Assembly: GCF_006345805.1 (NCBI RefSeq)
Contig: NC_043009.1
Span: 57,722,001-57,786,000 of the forward strand
Direction: 5' to 3'
Length of the DNA: 64,000 nucleotides
Source of the DNA: Octopus sinensis
Lineage: Eukaryota
Below are positions 13,161 to 27,305 of this stretch, one piece after another (within the stretch, counting starts at the first letter, position 1; each line of letters begins with the position of its first letter). The notes under the pieces are model-generated. The model saw nothing but the letters and a program-made list of their open reading frames with translations, was not told the DNA's origin and did not search any database. Position numbers and translations under genes: made by a program.

Positions 13161-13539
13161 TCTAAATGGATTTACATTTACACTGACCAGATACGTAAAT
13201 AGGATATCATGCTACCTAACGTTGATCGCTGGCTGACACAGCCTGGCCTCTACAAATGTACCAGTAAATTGCCTTCTAGTTATTTCTACGCTGACGCCAT
13301 CCCACTCCTCGTTCGAAGAAGCTTTAAATGTAATTTCAAGTAGAAAAGTCGGGTTTGATCTAGAATCAGATTAAGTGATGTTAGCTCTGAAAATCAGTAT
13401 AAAAATTCTCTAGAGTTGTTTTAGACTATAGAGATATTTGCTAAATCAATTACTCCTTCTGTATGTTTTCAGTTTAATTGTAAGTTGTATTCACATTGAT
13501 ATAGGTACGGATGTCTGTTTGTATTTATATGTTATGCTT

Positions 13540-13580
<41 letters not shown>

Positions 13581-16022
13581 TAAAATACATGTATACATAT
13601 ACTTAAATAAATGTATGTATGTACGTAATATAAGTATACATACACACAGGCACACTCACCCATACATTCCTTACACACTTATATGCATACTTACATAAAA
13701 AACGGTACCCCTGATTAGGTCATTGAGTACCCAAAATCAAGTGTAATTAAGTCATTACGCTTTTAAGTGCCCGCACGCACTGAGAACAGTAAACATACAG
13801 TCATTATATAAAAGTACACTTTTATTTCACTCACACTCTCTGTATCTCTTGTCTCTCTCTCTTTCCACACACACACACACAACTCACATTCACATACATT
13901 ACCACAGACGTGCGTTCCCACACACATATGCATAACTGTCCAACAGTGTAGACAAAGCAACCGGGTGAAATTATACAATGCTAGTCACGATGCATTTCCA
14001 ATACCTTCTTCATTGCGTCATTCCATTTCATTCCATTCATTCTTGGCCCAAATAGTTTAACTAAAGCAGTTTCTCATCGAAAGCTTGTGAGTGGCTTTCT
14101 CCGAACTCATGGATAACACCCGACAACTTCATGGCTTCTACTGTTGTCCAAGAACCGTGCTATATTCGTTTACTGAACATGATGAAGATTCGAATATAAT
14201 GTCCAACTAATCTCGATGTAATCTCCAAACAATGTCAACGTAATGTCGAAATAATGTCAAAGCTCTCACATATATTCAAAAATATATTCACATTACTCAT
14301 ATTCAAAATGTAAAGGGGTCATTTGTTTCAAAGAGCATATATTAATTTGTTATACAGTGGCCTTAATTCTTCAATAAATAATTTAAGTGTATTTCAAGGA
14401 AACTACGCTTACGCATACACCCACATATCAATGTTCTCGTGCATACACACACACATAACTATATTGTATTTAATGTATTAATATCTATCTTGTTTTCAAT
14501 AGGAGAAATAGATTTCAAGTGTCAGGGAAAACATTGAGCTCAATATAATTTCAATAATGTCTCCTCTTCCACCTTTAATACACACATTTCGAGCTAGAGC
14601 AGATTGAGTGGTGAAACTTGATATAGCTCTAACCGGAAATACCTTTAAAGGTGACATTCTCATCATACATACTCTTTCTGGTACTCAGAAAGACAGAAGA
14701 CAAATTCGAAGTCTCAATAGTTTTGTAATCTAAAAGAGAAGAATGTCGATAATATAAATATACGCTGTTAAATCATTCGAAACTTCCAATTCACAACATA
14801 AATAGAATAAAGATATGTTTACTTCGTTTTCTTAGAAATTTAACATTTTAACATAGGCATTTGATATGCTGAACAGGAAATCGGAATTAATTTCCAAATG
14901 CGAATACGAAAATAATATCTCTTGAGACATTTTCAATTACCTACAGGGTAATAAGGTAGCTTTTAAAAATAGTAATATACTTTAACGAAGTGTGTTTTTT
15001 TACATGTTTTTCTAAACATTGTTATATTTCTCATGAATGTTCCGCAAACGTATGTGTATATATATGTACAGACGGCATATAAGTTGTTATCAATGCACAG
15101 GTTGCTGTCAGCGTTCTCAAGTTTATTCCTTTTTATTTTAGTCTATATATGCTTGAGTGTGGTCGCATACGTGTGCATATGGATATCTATACATGTACGT
15201 ATGGAGGGAGATGTATGTATATCAAAATGAAATAATATTTTTCCTTTATTTATCATATATTTATTATTTATCATATATTTATATATCATGAGTTAGACAT
15301 TTTTTATACTTGATTATTTTCAAGATTCCTTACGCTAAAAATATAAATTCGAATAAAAATATAAATCCGAGAATGAGAAACGAAAGCCTGAAATTCGCTT
15401 ATGCATACAAATACGTACAACATTCTAACCGTGTTTTTTACCAAATTATATAAAAGAAAAAGACTAATAACTGAGAAGTAACAAAATAAATGAAAAATTT
15501 AAAAAACAGAAAAAAATGAAGAAACTGCACAAAAAATAGATTTCTTGCTTAGGAGAGTAATAAACTTACTCTCAGGAAAATGACAGCGACGGACATAGTT
15601 CAATATTTGTTAGACCCTATCAGCCAAACATATCCTTCTCGAATTTTCTTCATCAGAAGAGAGTGACGATGCATACAAGAAAATTGTTAAAAGGAATTGT
15701 AGACAGAATAGTTGGTTAATTGTAAAGGAAGACCAAAGAAGATAGCTTTCAGTGAGACGATACTAAGAATTTAAATAAATTACGAATTAATTCGTGTATT
15801 TCGTTTTTTGCTAAAGATTGTTGGTAACAATTTCTTAATAAATTGAAATTTGCTTCTGAATATCAAAATCACAAACAGATGTATGGATAAATGGATGTAT
15901 GAATATATGAATATATGAATCAATGTCTGAATATAAGGATGAATGGATCCTTACATTTATATATACAATTTGTAACGAGCAAGCATAAGTTTCTGCATAC
16001 ATTCGTATAGATGTATGAATAT

Positions 16023-16089
<67 letters not shown>

Positions 16090-16598
16090 ACGAATTTGCT
16101 CTATTTTGTTATTTTTTGTTTTTACGTTATCTTCCTTTACGTCCTCCTCCTCCTCTTCCTCCTTCTCTTCCGCTTCCTCCTCCTCCTCCTCCTCCTCCTC
16201 TCTCTCTCTCTCTTATCTTCTTGGCTATCTTTGTACATTATATTCTTAGACACTAGATTTTTATATACCTTGCTTTATCCTTAACGCCAATCCTTCACTT
16301 CCTCTCTCACCCTATATACCTCTTTTTCTATCCATTTACTTTTCTTTCTTTTTACCATTTAATAGGCACATCCTCTACCATTCTGTTACGTTGATATGTT
16401 CGCGTCTTTTTTCTAGATATTTATACTATCAGGACTTTAACCTACATGGAGCTACGCAGGATTGCGCCTATATCTGCAAGATCGGAAATTCCATCTGTGG
16501 ACTTTTATGCTTCTTTTTTTCTTCTCTTTCTTCATCTCTTTGTTCCTTTACTCCTGTCCGCATTTCATTAATCTATACTCTTCTCGTTTTCCCTATTT

Positions 16599-16654
16599 GT
16601 CTCCGATGACGGAATACCCCATACTCCGGGATATCCCAGAAACAGCTGTAAGAC
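16599..16654 (+). ncRNA. Degenerate hammerhead motif, U4 to C (H4)
   Basis: GTCT-CCGATGA-CGGAATA...TATCCCA-GAAAC-AGCT-GT-A-AGAC. Perfect palindromic stem III ACAGCTGT, GUA triplet, 4-bp stem I, partly decayed stem II; about 80 bp upstream of a (TA)n tract. Confidence 0.55.
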
Positions 16655-16736
16655 TTCGAATCTTTTTTCCAATAATAATGATGTATACGACTTGAGATGT
16701 TTGCCTTGCCTAACATTTGCTGTTTTCTTTACCAAT

Positions 16737-16863
16737 TATATATATATATATATATTATATATATATATATATATATAAAAGTAGATAAATAGTACAAGGC
16801 ACCAATATTTGTATTGCATTATTATTTTCATATAAACACACACACACACACACATGTATAAAT

Positions 16864-16899
<36 letters not shown>

Positions 16900-17035
16900 C
16901 ATACATATGTATACATATATACACACACACATATATATATATATACATACATATATATATATATATATACAATTATACGTACATATACATATATATATAT
17001 ATACATATATACATACACACACACACACACACACA

Positions 17036-17089
<54 letters not shown>

Positions 17090-17110
17090 ACATACATATA
17101 TATATAAACA
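16737..17110. repeat. Compound (TA)n/(CA)n microsatellite
   Basis: Direct inspection. Confidence 0.95.
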
Positions 17111-17499
17111 TATGAACACGTTTTTATGCATACACACATACTATATGTATATATGTACTTATAGTTACAAATTCTTTATTCGGTGGGTGCGCATTTATAA
17201 TTGCTTTTGCACGTGTTTCAACAATTTTCGGTTCTACACACATATAGATCTATATACATATGAACATCTGTGTGTGTGTGTGTGTGTCTATATATTATAT
17301 ACTTATGTACGTCATAACAAACATGTATATATGTATGTATTTACATTTGTGCATCTATATTATATCTATAATAATATACACACGCACACACAAAACCAGT
17401 TTACCACTAATACCAGTCCCTCCCATCTTCACCAGAGTCACATTCTCATTCCCACCCCACCTACTGTACCCATTGTATAGCCCTATATTCACTATCCCG

Positions 17500-18145
17500 A
17501 TTCTGTACAACTAGGTTTCTTTGGTTCCAGTTCTTAGCCCAAACATTCTTTTCTTTTCTAATCTGGGCACAAGGCCCGCAATTTTGGGGAAGTGGGCCAG
17601 TCGATTAGATCGACCCAATTACGCAACTGGCACTTAATTTATCGACGCCGAAAGGAAGATAGGCAAAGGCGACCTCGGCGGAGCTTGAACCCAGAACGTA
17701 AAGATAGACGAATTACATATTTCCTTACTAGCCACAAGGGGCTAAACACAGAAGGGACAAACAAGGACAGACAAACGGATTAAGTCAATTACATCGACCC
17801 CAGTGCGTAACTGGTACTTATTTAATCGACCCCAAAAGGATGAAAGGCAAAGTCGACCTCGGCGGAATTTGAACTCAGAACGTAACGGCAGACGAAATAC
17901 CGTCAAGCACTTCACCCGGCGTGCTAACGTTTCTGCCAGCACGCACCTTCTTAACCCAAATATCCTTTTCTACACTAGGAACAAGGCCCGAAATTTTGGG
18001 AGAGGGGGGAAGTCGATTACATTCACCCCAGTATGCAACTGGTACTTAATTCATCGATTAATTTGAACTCAGAGCACATAGCCAGACGAAATGCCGCTAA
18101 GCACCTCGCCCGGCCTGCTAATGTTTCTACCAGCAAGCAGCCTTC
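17500..18145 (-). mobile_element. SINE family B tandem array (about 4 partial units)
   Basis: Repeated CGACCCCGAAAGGATGAAAGGCAAAGTCGACCTCGGCGGAATTTGAACTCAGAAC-like block. Confidence 0.85.
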
Positions 18146-19341
18146 TTAATCAAAATATTGCCACAACTGTTTATATCATTAAAAACGTAATCGCAACAAA
18201 TACTCTCATAATGGTTCCCTACGTAACAACGAGGGCGCAATACAATTCTCACAATAACGGTGCTAAGGCTAGAAAGTACATCGCAGCACGCCATTGATTG
18301 TCTCAACTACTTGCAAGCTGTCGTTCTCAAACTGCTAACCCATTACACTATATTAACCGACCACCACATCCATGATCCCATCCAAGATGCCAGATTAACC
18401 ACTCTAAGCTCCTTACGAAATATCACGGGGACCAAAGCCCAGTATCCCTTCATATCATCCCCCATCTCCATTGCCTCATCTACATCTCTATTACCGACTT
18501 TCATTAATATGGATAGGGAGCCAGTCGATTAGATCGAACCCAGTATTTAATTTCTCGACCCCGAAAGGATGAAAGGCAAATTCGACCCCGGTGAAATTTG
18601 ACCTTAGAACGTACCGACTCCCAATAACGTACAACTTGAGATATTGTAAGCTCTTTCTGCAATCAAACTGTTCATTTCTGTTTCCACCGAAACCTTGAAA
18701 CTTCGCCCTACTCTTCTCCGCTAACATATCTTCGATCCTCATAATTACGTACTCTCTTCATGCACTTCATAATTCTGAACATATATATCACGCACGCACA
18801 AAAATACACACATATACATACGTACACATATATGAGCGCATATATCTACATATGTAGATGTATGTAGAGGTACGTTTGTATGTATATGCGCATGTATGTC
18901 ATTGTTCAGTTTTATTTCAAGATTTCTTGCCAATAGAGAAAGAGCCGGTTTCTAACCTAGATTCAAGGTTCTCTCATTGGAATTTCATCATCAACAACAG
19001 GGTATTTTTGTTTGTATGTATATATGTATGTATGTGTACAGATTTGAAATTTTCGTTCTATGTATGTATTCTCATGCTTTTGTATGTATTCTCATAGTTG
19101 CACCGTTAGACATGCTCATATGTATTTAAATTATAGACTTCTGGAAAGTTTTACAGATATTTACAGTTCCGTTGATGGATTGGATTTATAGTCTTCGAAT
19201 TAGCTTTCTCCTTTCTGGTTTTGAAAGCCTAATGTCTCAAAATTGGTATTTAGGCAGAAGTGTGTTACATATCCCAGGGCCCTAATAATTACAAGTATAA
19301 CCTGGACTTGTAATTTGGATAGAGTAACAACACCTTTCTCA

Positions 19342-19344
<3 letters not shown>

Positions 19345-19372
<28 letters not shown>

Positions 19373-19441
19373 TGTATGTATGTATGTATGTATGTATGTA
19401 TGTATGTATGTATGTATGTATGTATGTATGTATGTATGTAT
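19345..19441. repeat. (TATG)n tetranucleotide microsatellite
   Basis: Direct inspection. Confidence 0.98.
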
Positions 19442-19699
19442 GAATGTGTTTGTGAGTGGGTATGCATGTACGTGTGTGTCTTCTTGCAAATGTTCTGAGT
19501 CAGAAAGGACCCCTTTAAAACATATATGAGAGTAAAAAATCTCCACAAAACAATGATTCTTGGAGTAGTTTTGATGTTGCATCCAAATAAACTGATGTCA
19601 TTTGAGGTCAGGTTTTTTTTTCCTAGCATGGAAAATAGGCTTTCCTAGTTCATATAGATATACATTTATTAAAATACGATCAAAACGTATGCTTTTATC

Positions 19700-21330
19700 A
19701 CAAGCAACTTGGCTTGCTTTTCTTCCGCCCAGTTGCCTGAGGCATGTATCTTTTAAGTGTTCAGCACTATTAAACATATTTGTTGGGCTCCAATTGACTT
19801 GAAAACACTTTTCCATATTAGATCTATCTTGACAAATAAAACTCACAATGTTTGTCCCTTGTAGCTTCCAGGCTTTTCCGGAAAAAAAAAACTTGTATGA
19901 AATATTGTAACACGTTGCCAGGTACACTAAACAAGGTCACCTGTTATTTCCGTTTTTAGTCATATGTTTTCAAAAACGCCTTTGCAAATTTCCCACGTCA
20001 GTTTTTCAGCTTCATTCTTCTTTAACTCTCTCGTGTCTTAATAGTTATTCTAAGATTCTCTGATCTGAGGAACTATTAAAAATGTCTTCTTTAAACTTTG
20101 CATCAATGATCTGGAGAAATGTATTTCTTAAGCATTTGAATCTATTTATTTTTAAAGCCGAAGCTTCATAGACTTAAGAGGGAGACGACTCTCTCAGAGG
20201 TAAAAACTGAGCAGTTCAAACCAGTGTTTTGTCCTGGAACAAATGAGGAGTCTTTGGTCAGTTGTGGTGTTTGTCCCTGTCGAATTGTCTACATAAAAAA
20301 GTTATGAATCTGACCCTTTTTTAAAAACATTATGACTCTTGCATATGAAGGAGCACGGCTGAGTGATTAGAGCGTCGAGCTCACAATCATGTGTATTGTG
20401 TTCTTGAGCAAGACACTTTATTTCACGTTGGTCCAGTTCATTGAACTGTAGAAATAAGTTGCGAGGTCACTGATGCCAAACAGTATCGGCCGTTGCCCTT
20501 CCCTTGGATAAAATCAATGGTTGGAGAGAAAGGAGGCTGGTATGCTTGCGTAATTGCTGGTTTTCTATAAACAACCTTGCTCGGACTTGTGCCTCAGAGG
20601 GGAAACTTCTCAGTGCAATCTCATGGTTATTCATGACCGAAGGGGATCTTTACAACGCTTTCATGTTTGCAGCATGCAACAGAAATTCAGAAGGGAATTA
20701 TTTTCATCTTGGCAATCAGCTCCCAAACTAAATTTTGAGGAATCAGTGAACAATCACAGTTAATCTATGATTAATAATTCATGATGGAAGGCTTCATCAC
20801 TAAATCAGCATCTTTACAAAGACGTTCATCATTCAGAATGACTGCACAAAGCAAAATCTTTAGTACCAGATTCGAAGTAAATTCCCATCATTTAAACCTG
20901 CAGCCAGCCTGAATCTTAGATACATTCAGATGAGAAACTAAGTTACGTAGATCTCTGTGAGAATTAATGTGCTTCATAGAAGGGACAGGTAACCCAAATT
21001 TGGATCTAATATGTTATTGTCTTTTCAATCATTTTATGTTCCAATTTCACTTGATCGTTCATCACTTATACTAACAGTCTCATTATGATTTTTTTTAAAG
21101 CCGAAGCTTCAGAGACATAGGAAGGAGACGACTCTCTCAGAGGTAAAAACTGAGCAGTTCAAACCAGTTTTCTCTCCTAGAACAAATGTGGAGTTGTTTG
21201 GCCAGTTTCCATTATGGAAACAGAGGACAGACGAGGAAGGCGATAGGTTATAATATTTAGTTAATGAAACAGAAGACAGACGAGGAACTAGTCTCATCGA
21301 AGGCGATAGGTTATAATATTTAGTTATGTT
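19700..21330 (-). pseudogene. Fragmented Chapaev3-like DNA transposase remnant, interrupted by a SINE
   Basis: Minus-strand frames give HINSHRDLRNLVSHLNVSKIQA (about 20905-20970), TDSSKFSL (about 20725-20748), SFVPGQN and TFVLGEK, IIDAKFKEDIF..VPQIRE (20053-20110), FFPE.LEATRDKH and QDRSNMEKCFQVNWSP..C*TLKR (19750-19890). These match the recalled motif series PHLINQ.ELNDLVRDL.LSK / IDSSK.SL / SDAK.KEGIF.GPQIRE / FFPENLGAVSDEHGERFHQDI..MEKRYQG.W....DYCWTLKR. Confidence 0.7.
20345..20660 (+). mobile_element. SINE family C relative inserted in the Chapaev-like remnant
   Basis: GGCTGAGTGATTAGAGCGTCG head and TGTTCTTGAGCAAGACACTTTATTTCACGTTG block. Confidence 0.7.
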
Positions 21331-21944
21331 CTTTGTCTTAGAAATATACCTCTTTGTACTCAAAACTAAGAATTCTGATAGTCTGTTGTATGAATGTTGA
21401 GTTTCGCTGTATATTTATATATATATGAGAGAACGTACATATATCTAGAGACTATTTCAACGAACATATATTTCTGTATATTTATGAAAATACGGGAAAA
21501 AAGCGTTTTGTAAAATAAATCAATATGCTCGAAGTAACTTAAATAATACGTTTTTGTATCATTGGATATTTAAGCAATAGAAGATTACCAAGATAACTAC
21601 ACACCTCAACAATTTCTTCCTATATGCTTTTCCTTATCTTCACACCTAAACCCCAAATTTTCTACCTTTCTTGTACTGTCTCCATGGTTCTACATCAACC
21701 TTACTCTTCTCTCGATAGACACTGTTGCTGTGTTTTATAAGAACCATTGCTGTATTTTATACCAGAACAATGTCTGTTCGGAGCAGGTGGTTGTCATGGT
21801 AGCTATTGCTATTCGCTCCCGATTTTATTTCCAATCAGCACACCATTTATTCCGTCATTTCCCTACATCTTTAGCAGTTCCATTGGCCGCCTGGTTTTTT
21901 TCTCTTTCGGACTACAGTGAACTTCGTGTCATCCAGGAGGTTCA

Positions 21945-22082
21945 GTACTTACTCTTTTACTCTTTTACTTGTTTCAGTCATTTGACTGCGGCCATGCTGG
22001 AGCACTGCCTTTTTAGTCGAGCAAATCGACCCCATGACTTATTCTTTGTAAGCCTAGTACTTAATTCTATCGGTCTCTTTTA
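21945..22082 (-). mobile_element. SINE family A 3' fragment
   Basis: Aligns to the family A tail. Confidence 0.8.
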
Positions 22083-22605
22083 TTACCAACAAAATACATC
22101 AGAAATATATATTTTGTTTTAAAGCATTATTTCAACGAACTATTTCATCACTGCCATCATCATCATCATCATCATCATCATAGAGACCTCTTTCAAAATT
22201 CCATTTTGCTTTTCAGACATTCACTTGTGCAGACTGAACAATGTAAAGGGTCTAAGGAAGAAATCTATCTGTTTCTTGTAATAAATACCCCTAAATCAAA
22301 ACTTTTCATTGGCTTTTAATACATTACTGTTGATCCCCAATTTACTGTTTTGCTATGGTAGACCCTCATCACCACTCCCAAATGTTACATTGACACCCTA
22401 GGAGTCCTGTGGACTTGGGTGAGAACCACTAATCTAGATATTTTAATTGCTACCAGGGTCCAATTATTCATACGAAAAACGGAATTACATGACAGACGGA
22501 GATGCATTCACACAGTCATATAACAACAGAGTGGAACAAAAATTTATATAATATATTGAGGTAGTCATAATCAGGATAAAAATGATTAAGAGGACGATGA
22601 TGTTG

Positions 22606-22644
<39 letters not shown>

Positions 22645-23479
22645 TAATAATAATAATGATAAAAATGATGATAATAATAACGGTGATAATTTCTTCTTTT
22701 GTTATTACCAAAAGTACCCTTTCATGCGTACATTAAAACGTTATATATGGGTGTTGCAAACTTTGATAACAAAGACAAATGTTGATTAGGATGATGAACG
22801 AGAATATTTGATCATGGGCTTCAAATTTAGCCATTGTTATCAACGATTTTAGACTGATGATAAGGATCAGGATGACCACAAAGACAACGATGACGGCGAC
22901 AAAAGCTACGACGGCGACGACGACGACGACGAAGATGAGGAGGATAATAGTGATGGTGATCGTGATCGTGATGATCGTCTTCATTATAACCGAATTCTTT
23001 GTAGCTATTATCCTCATTGAAAGCATCGAAGATAAAAAAAAAAGCAAAAATAGTTTTAAAAATAATATCAAGAACTACGCTGAAAACAAAGAAAGTGGGC
23101 AAAAAAAATTGTATTTAAGATGGCGACCGTTGATAAAAAGAGAAGAAAAATTGCTATTCTATTGGACGTTCACTTAGTACCGGAAGGAAGTGTTATTAAC
23201 GTTTTAATACTGTATGAGAATAGCGAGAATATGATATGTAACAAGAAAGACGACCTTTAACAAAAGCGAATAGTATTGAATAATAAAAATATTTTCATTC
23301 ACATACATACACATATGCATAGAAGCACAGATGCACATTCACATATTCATATGTATATACGTTCACATGTATGCAATTACATATATGTACATATGTATCG
23401 TATATATTTATATACCTTTATACGTACAAGCATATATATATATTACATATATATCTATATATGATATTTATATATATGC

Positions 23480-23527
<48 letters not shown>

Positions 23528-23673
23528 GCATCTGTGCATATATACGTGCACTCACGGAAAACAATATAAGCATATGTAGATTATACAAGCGTAGATATAC
23601 ATACATATATGTATATGTTCATATGTACATTTATACACACACACATACATATACATACATACATACACACACG

Positions 23674-23707
<34 letters not shown>

Positions 23708-23808
23708 CCAATTGACAACAGATCATTCATTGTGTGAACTTAGAATATTATATAAACGGATATTTATGTATATATACATATGAATGTATATACGTATCTA
23801 TTACTCTG

Positions 23809-23845
<37 letters not shown>

Positions 23846-23928
23846 CATATATATATTTATATATATATATATAATTGTATATGTATATATATGTATGTAT
23901 ATATATGTATATATATATATTATATATA

Positions 23929-23961
<33 letters not shown>

Positions 23962-24904
23962 CAATTATATATATATATATATATACATGTGCACATACAT
24001 AGATACGTGTAAATATGCATCCGTATATTGTCGTAGGTACAACATATCAGCGGCAGCAGTTAAAAAAAATAAAACATAACACGAAAGAAAGGAAAACAGA
24101 AGAACAAAAATAGAAAAAAAAATCTAATAACCCAAATGTCGATGAAAAGCGAGATATTATACTATAACAATAGGCTGATGTCATATGTGTGAATTGAATA
24201 TGTTTCGAGATGAAAAAATATTTAAAAAATTTACAAAATGACAAGTTACACGAATCAAGTGTAAGACTTGCTGGTGATCTATAGGAGTTATGTTGTCGTT
24301 TGCTTTTAGGAATCCATCTGTCGTCTGCTTCTTTCATTTCTTTTTTACGTCGTTTCTTTGTTTTCTTTTTTACTCTCTTTGTTTCTGTGAATTCTCTCGT
24401 ATGTCATGTATTTTTTTTTTATTCTGCTTACCATGAATATAACTCATTCTAGGAGGTGGATCACAGCTATCTTCACTAAAAACCGAATGGTTCGTACGTA
24501 GCAGTTGGACGTATTCTCATATATATACGTATATGATGCATAAATATCAGACAACAGGAAGATATCGTCAATTTTCAGAGGTCATGTTGGTTGACAACCG
24601 AAAGAAGCAAACAATATAAAATAAAAACATGTTTTGCATTTAGTCCAGATTGTTTAGGCTTTACAGTTATTGTATTTAAAACAATCGCTTCGCTCTTTGT
24701 CCATAAAAGAAAGGTGTATCTGTGAGTAAATGAAACCCGTTCTTTATAATATAATGTGCAGGTTGAGATCAGGGAAAAAACATTAACTATCAAGAAGATA
24801 ATTAGATATAATAATGCGGTGAGAGACAAACATTTGGCTGGGTTGGATTGTCTGTGTTCAGTTCTCTGCAGTACGAAAGCCACAGCATGTTGTATCCACC
24901 TATT

Positions 24905-25132
24905 TCTTTACTACCAACAAGGGGCTAAACACAGAGGGGACAAACAAGGACACACAAACGGATTAAGTCGATTACGTCGACCCCAGTGAGTAACTGGTAC
25001 TTATTTAATCGACCCCGAAAAGATGAAAGGCAAAGTCGACCTCGGCGGAATTTGAACTCAGAACGTAGCGGCAGACGAAATACCGCTAAGCATTTCGCCC
25101 GGCGTGCTAACGTTTCTGCTAGCTCGCCGCCT
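24905..25132 (-). mobile_element. SINE family B, full-length monomer
   Basis: Minus strand AAGGCGGCGAGCTAGCAGAAACGTTAGCACGCCGGGCGAAATGCTTAGCGGTATTTCG...GAGTTCAAATTCC (B-box-like)...GTAAAGAAATA. Confidence 0.9.
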
Positions 25133-25394
25133 TTGCTACATTCATTCATATATGTTGTTTCCACCTACCACGGTCTGATGTAGAGGCCGTGCATTTGAGC
25201 TTCAGATCATACTACTGTCCTGCTGAGTCCATTCTGCCACACTGGCTCGACGTTGTTCGGCAGAGCGGTGTAATTAGTTTAAACTCTTACCCAGATGTAG
25301 TTAAAACGATTACACGATTACATCGATGTCAGTGCTCAGCGAATAATATTTTAATATTTTGGGATTTCACCGAAAAGGGGACGCAACTTTAGTG

Positions 25395-26528
25395 GTGCAA
25401 ATTGCTCAGAAGATGAAATGCAAACGACTCTCAGGCGCTTCAGAGCGACAAAAGATGTGAAGACAATACAAAGAATAGGTAGTAAAGGTTTACATCACCT
25501 CGTGATGACAGATCCATCGTCCTTCAGTCGCACAGAAACATGAGAAAAACATCGTCGGAATTCTGTGCGGACTTCAGTGAGGCAAGTACTTCACAAATAT
25601 CAACCAGAAATGTTAGAAGGCTTGTAGAGTACGGTCTGAAAGGCTATAAAGCCAGGAAGTAGCCATGGGTTTCTGAAGTGAATATGGAGAAACGCCTTCA
25701 GTGGACCATAAAAACCACTCAAATTGGACCAGTGAGCAATGGTAGAAAGTCATGAAAGTAACTATGAAGTAAGATAGTAGATGTATTCAATCAACATATA
25801 AACTTAATTTAACTGGTTTGTTGCCCAAAATACATAAAAAAAGTACCCCATATATAGCTAATATTTTTCAGGTTTTTATTCAGATTTCCTGTACATTTCA
25901 TGCAACCTTCGTGTTCCACTGAATTGGGGAAGCATTTAAGGCTGAATGACTAGTACCAGCTGTAAAACATGGGGGTGGTTCTATCATGGTTTGTTCCTGC
26001 ATGTCTGCCACAGGACCCAGGGAAAGATAAATTCAGCTACCTATGTTTCTATATTATCGGGTGTTTTAGAGCCATCAATGGGTAAATTGCAAGAGTGCTG
26101 AAAAACTGTTATCATCCAACAGGATAATGCTCCATATCATACAGCAAAGAATATTCGTCAATGGTTTGAGACACAGGGTATTGTCCCCATGGACTGGCCA
26201 GCTCAAAGTCCCGATCTAGATCCGACCGAACACCTATGGGGAACTCTTGGTGAAGCTATCAGGAACACAACCATTAAAAATAAAGAGCATTTGTACCAAA
26301 CGTTAAGAGAAGAATGGAGTAAAATCGCACCTAGCACCCGCAAGAAACTAGTTGATTCAATGCCCAACTCGCATACAAGCAGTAATCGATGCTAAAGGAG
26401 GGTCAACACGATATTAAAACCAATGTATATTGTGAAATATACCATAATCTACCATGTGCACGAGTTTCATCAACGGTGATATAGCAGAACCCCAAAACAT
26501 TGGGGTGGCCTAATACTTTTGGCCAAGG

Positions 26529-26532
<4 letters not shown>
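25395..26532 (+). pseudogene. Tc1-family (DD34E) transposon remnant, 5' truncated, with apparent intron
   Basis: PRDDRSIVLQSHRN; GLKGYKARK*PWVSEVNMEKRLQW; HESNYE|VF; LVPAVKHGGGSIMV; QQDNAPYHTAKNIRQWF...WPAQSPDLDPTEHLW (D codon 26123, E codon 26228, 34 residues between); AVIDAKGGSTRY*. Right TIR-like end CCTAATACTTTTGGCCAAGG precedes (TA)n. Stops and frameshifts present. Confidence 0.9.
25769..25871 (+). other. Putative 103-bp phase-0 GT-AG intron inside the Tc1 transposase
   Basis: GAA|GTAAGA donor, CTAAT branch-like motif near 25858, TTTTTCAG acceptor. Removal joins HESNYE in frame to VF...KHGGGSIMV. Confidence 0.7.
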
Positions 26533-26589
<57 letters not shown>

Positions 26590-26974
26590 TATATATATAT
26601 ATATGTATATATGAATGAATAAATGAATGATTGTATATTCCCCTCACCTTTTCTGAGATGATTCCGCTGACCGAATTGGTATATAAACGATAGGGTGATT
26701 AAAATTCGCTTCCGCTACTCCTCTGATAAAACTCTGAAGGGAAAACGTTGCACGTAATATTGGTAAATTCTATTAGATATTTCATTTAATATCTTGTAAT
26801 ATAGAATGTGTTGATTCCTTGGTGTATTATTTAAATGTTTAACTGTACAACTATTTAAATAACTCTATTGTTCAAGAAGTGTTTACGACTTGTTTACAAG
26901 GTTGAACCGTCTGAGAGAAATATTTATATATCGAAGTGTTACAACATCTATTGTACAATGAAACAGAATTAGAA

Positions 26975-27062
<88 letters not shown>

Positions 27063-27237
27063 CATATATATATATTTATATTTATATATATTATATATAT
27101 ATATATACCTACCTGCATACATAGATACATACACTCTCCCCCTCTCTCTCCTCTCTCCCCTCTCTGTCACACGCACACACACACTCACACACACATACGT
27201 CTATGTATGTATGTATGTATGTATGAATATATATATA

Positions 27238-27305
<68 letters not shown>

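Noticed and set aside
14520-14700. Helitron helicase-like FPVR motif on the minus strand
   Set aside because: The rest of the motif (AMTINKSQG) is absent.
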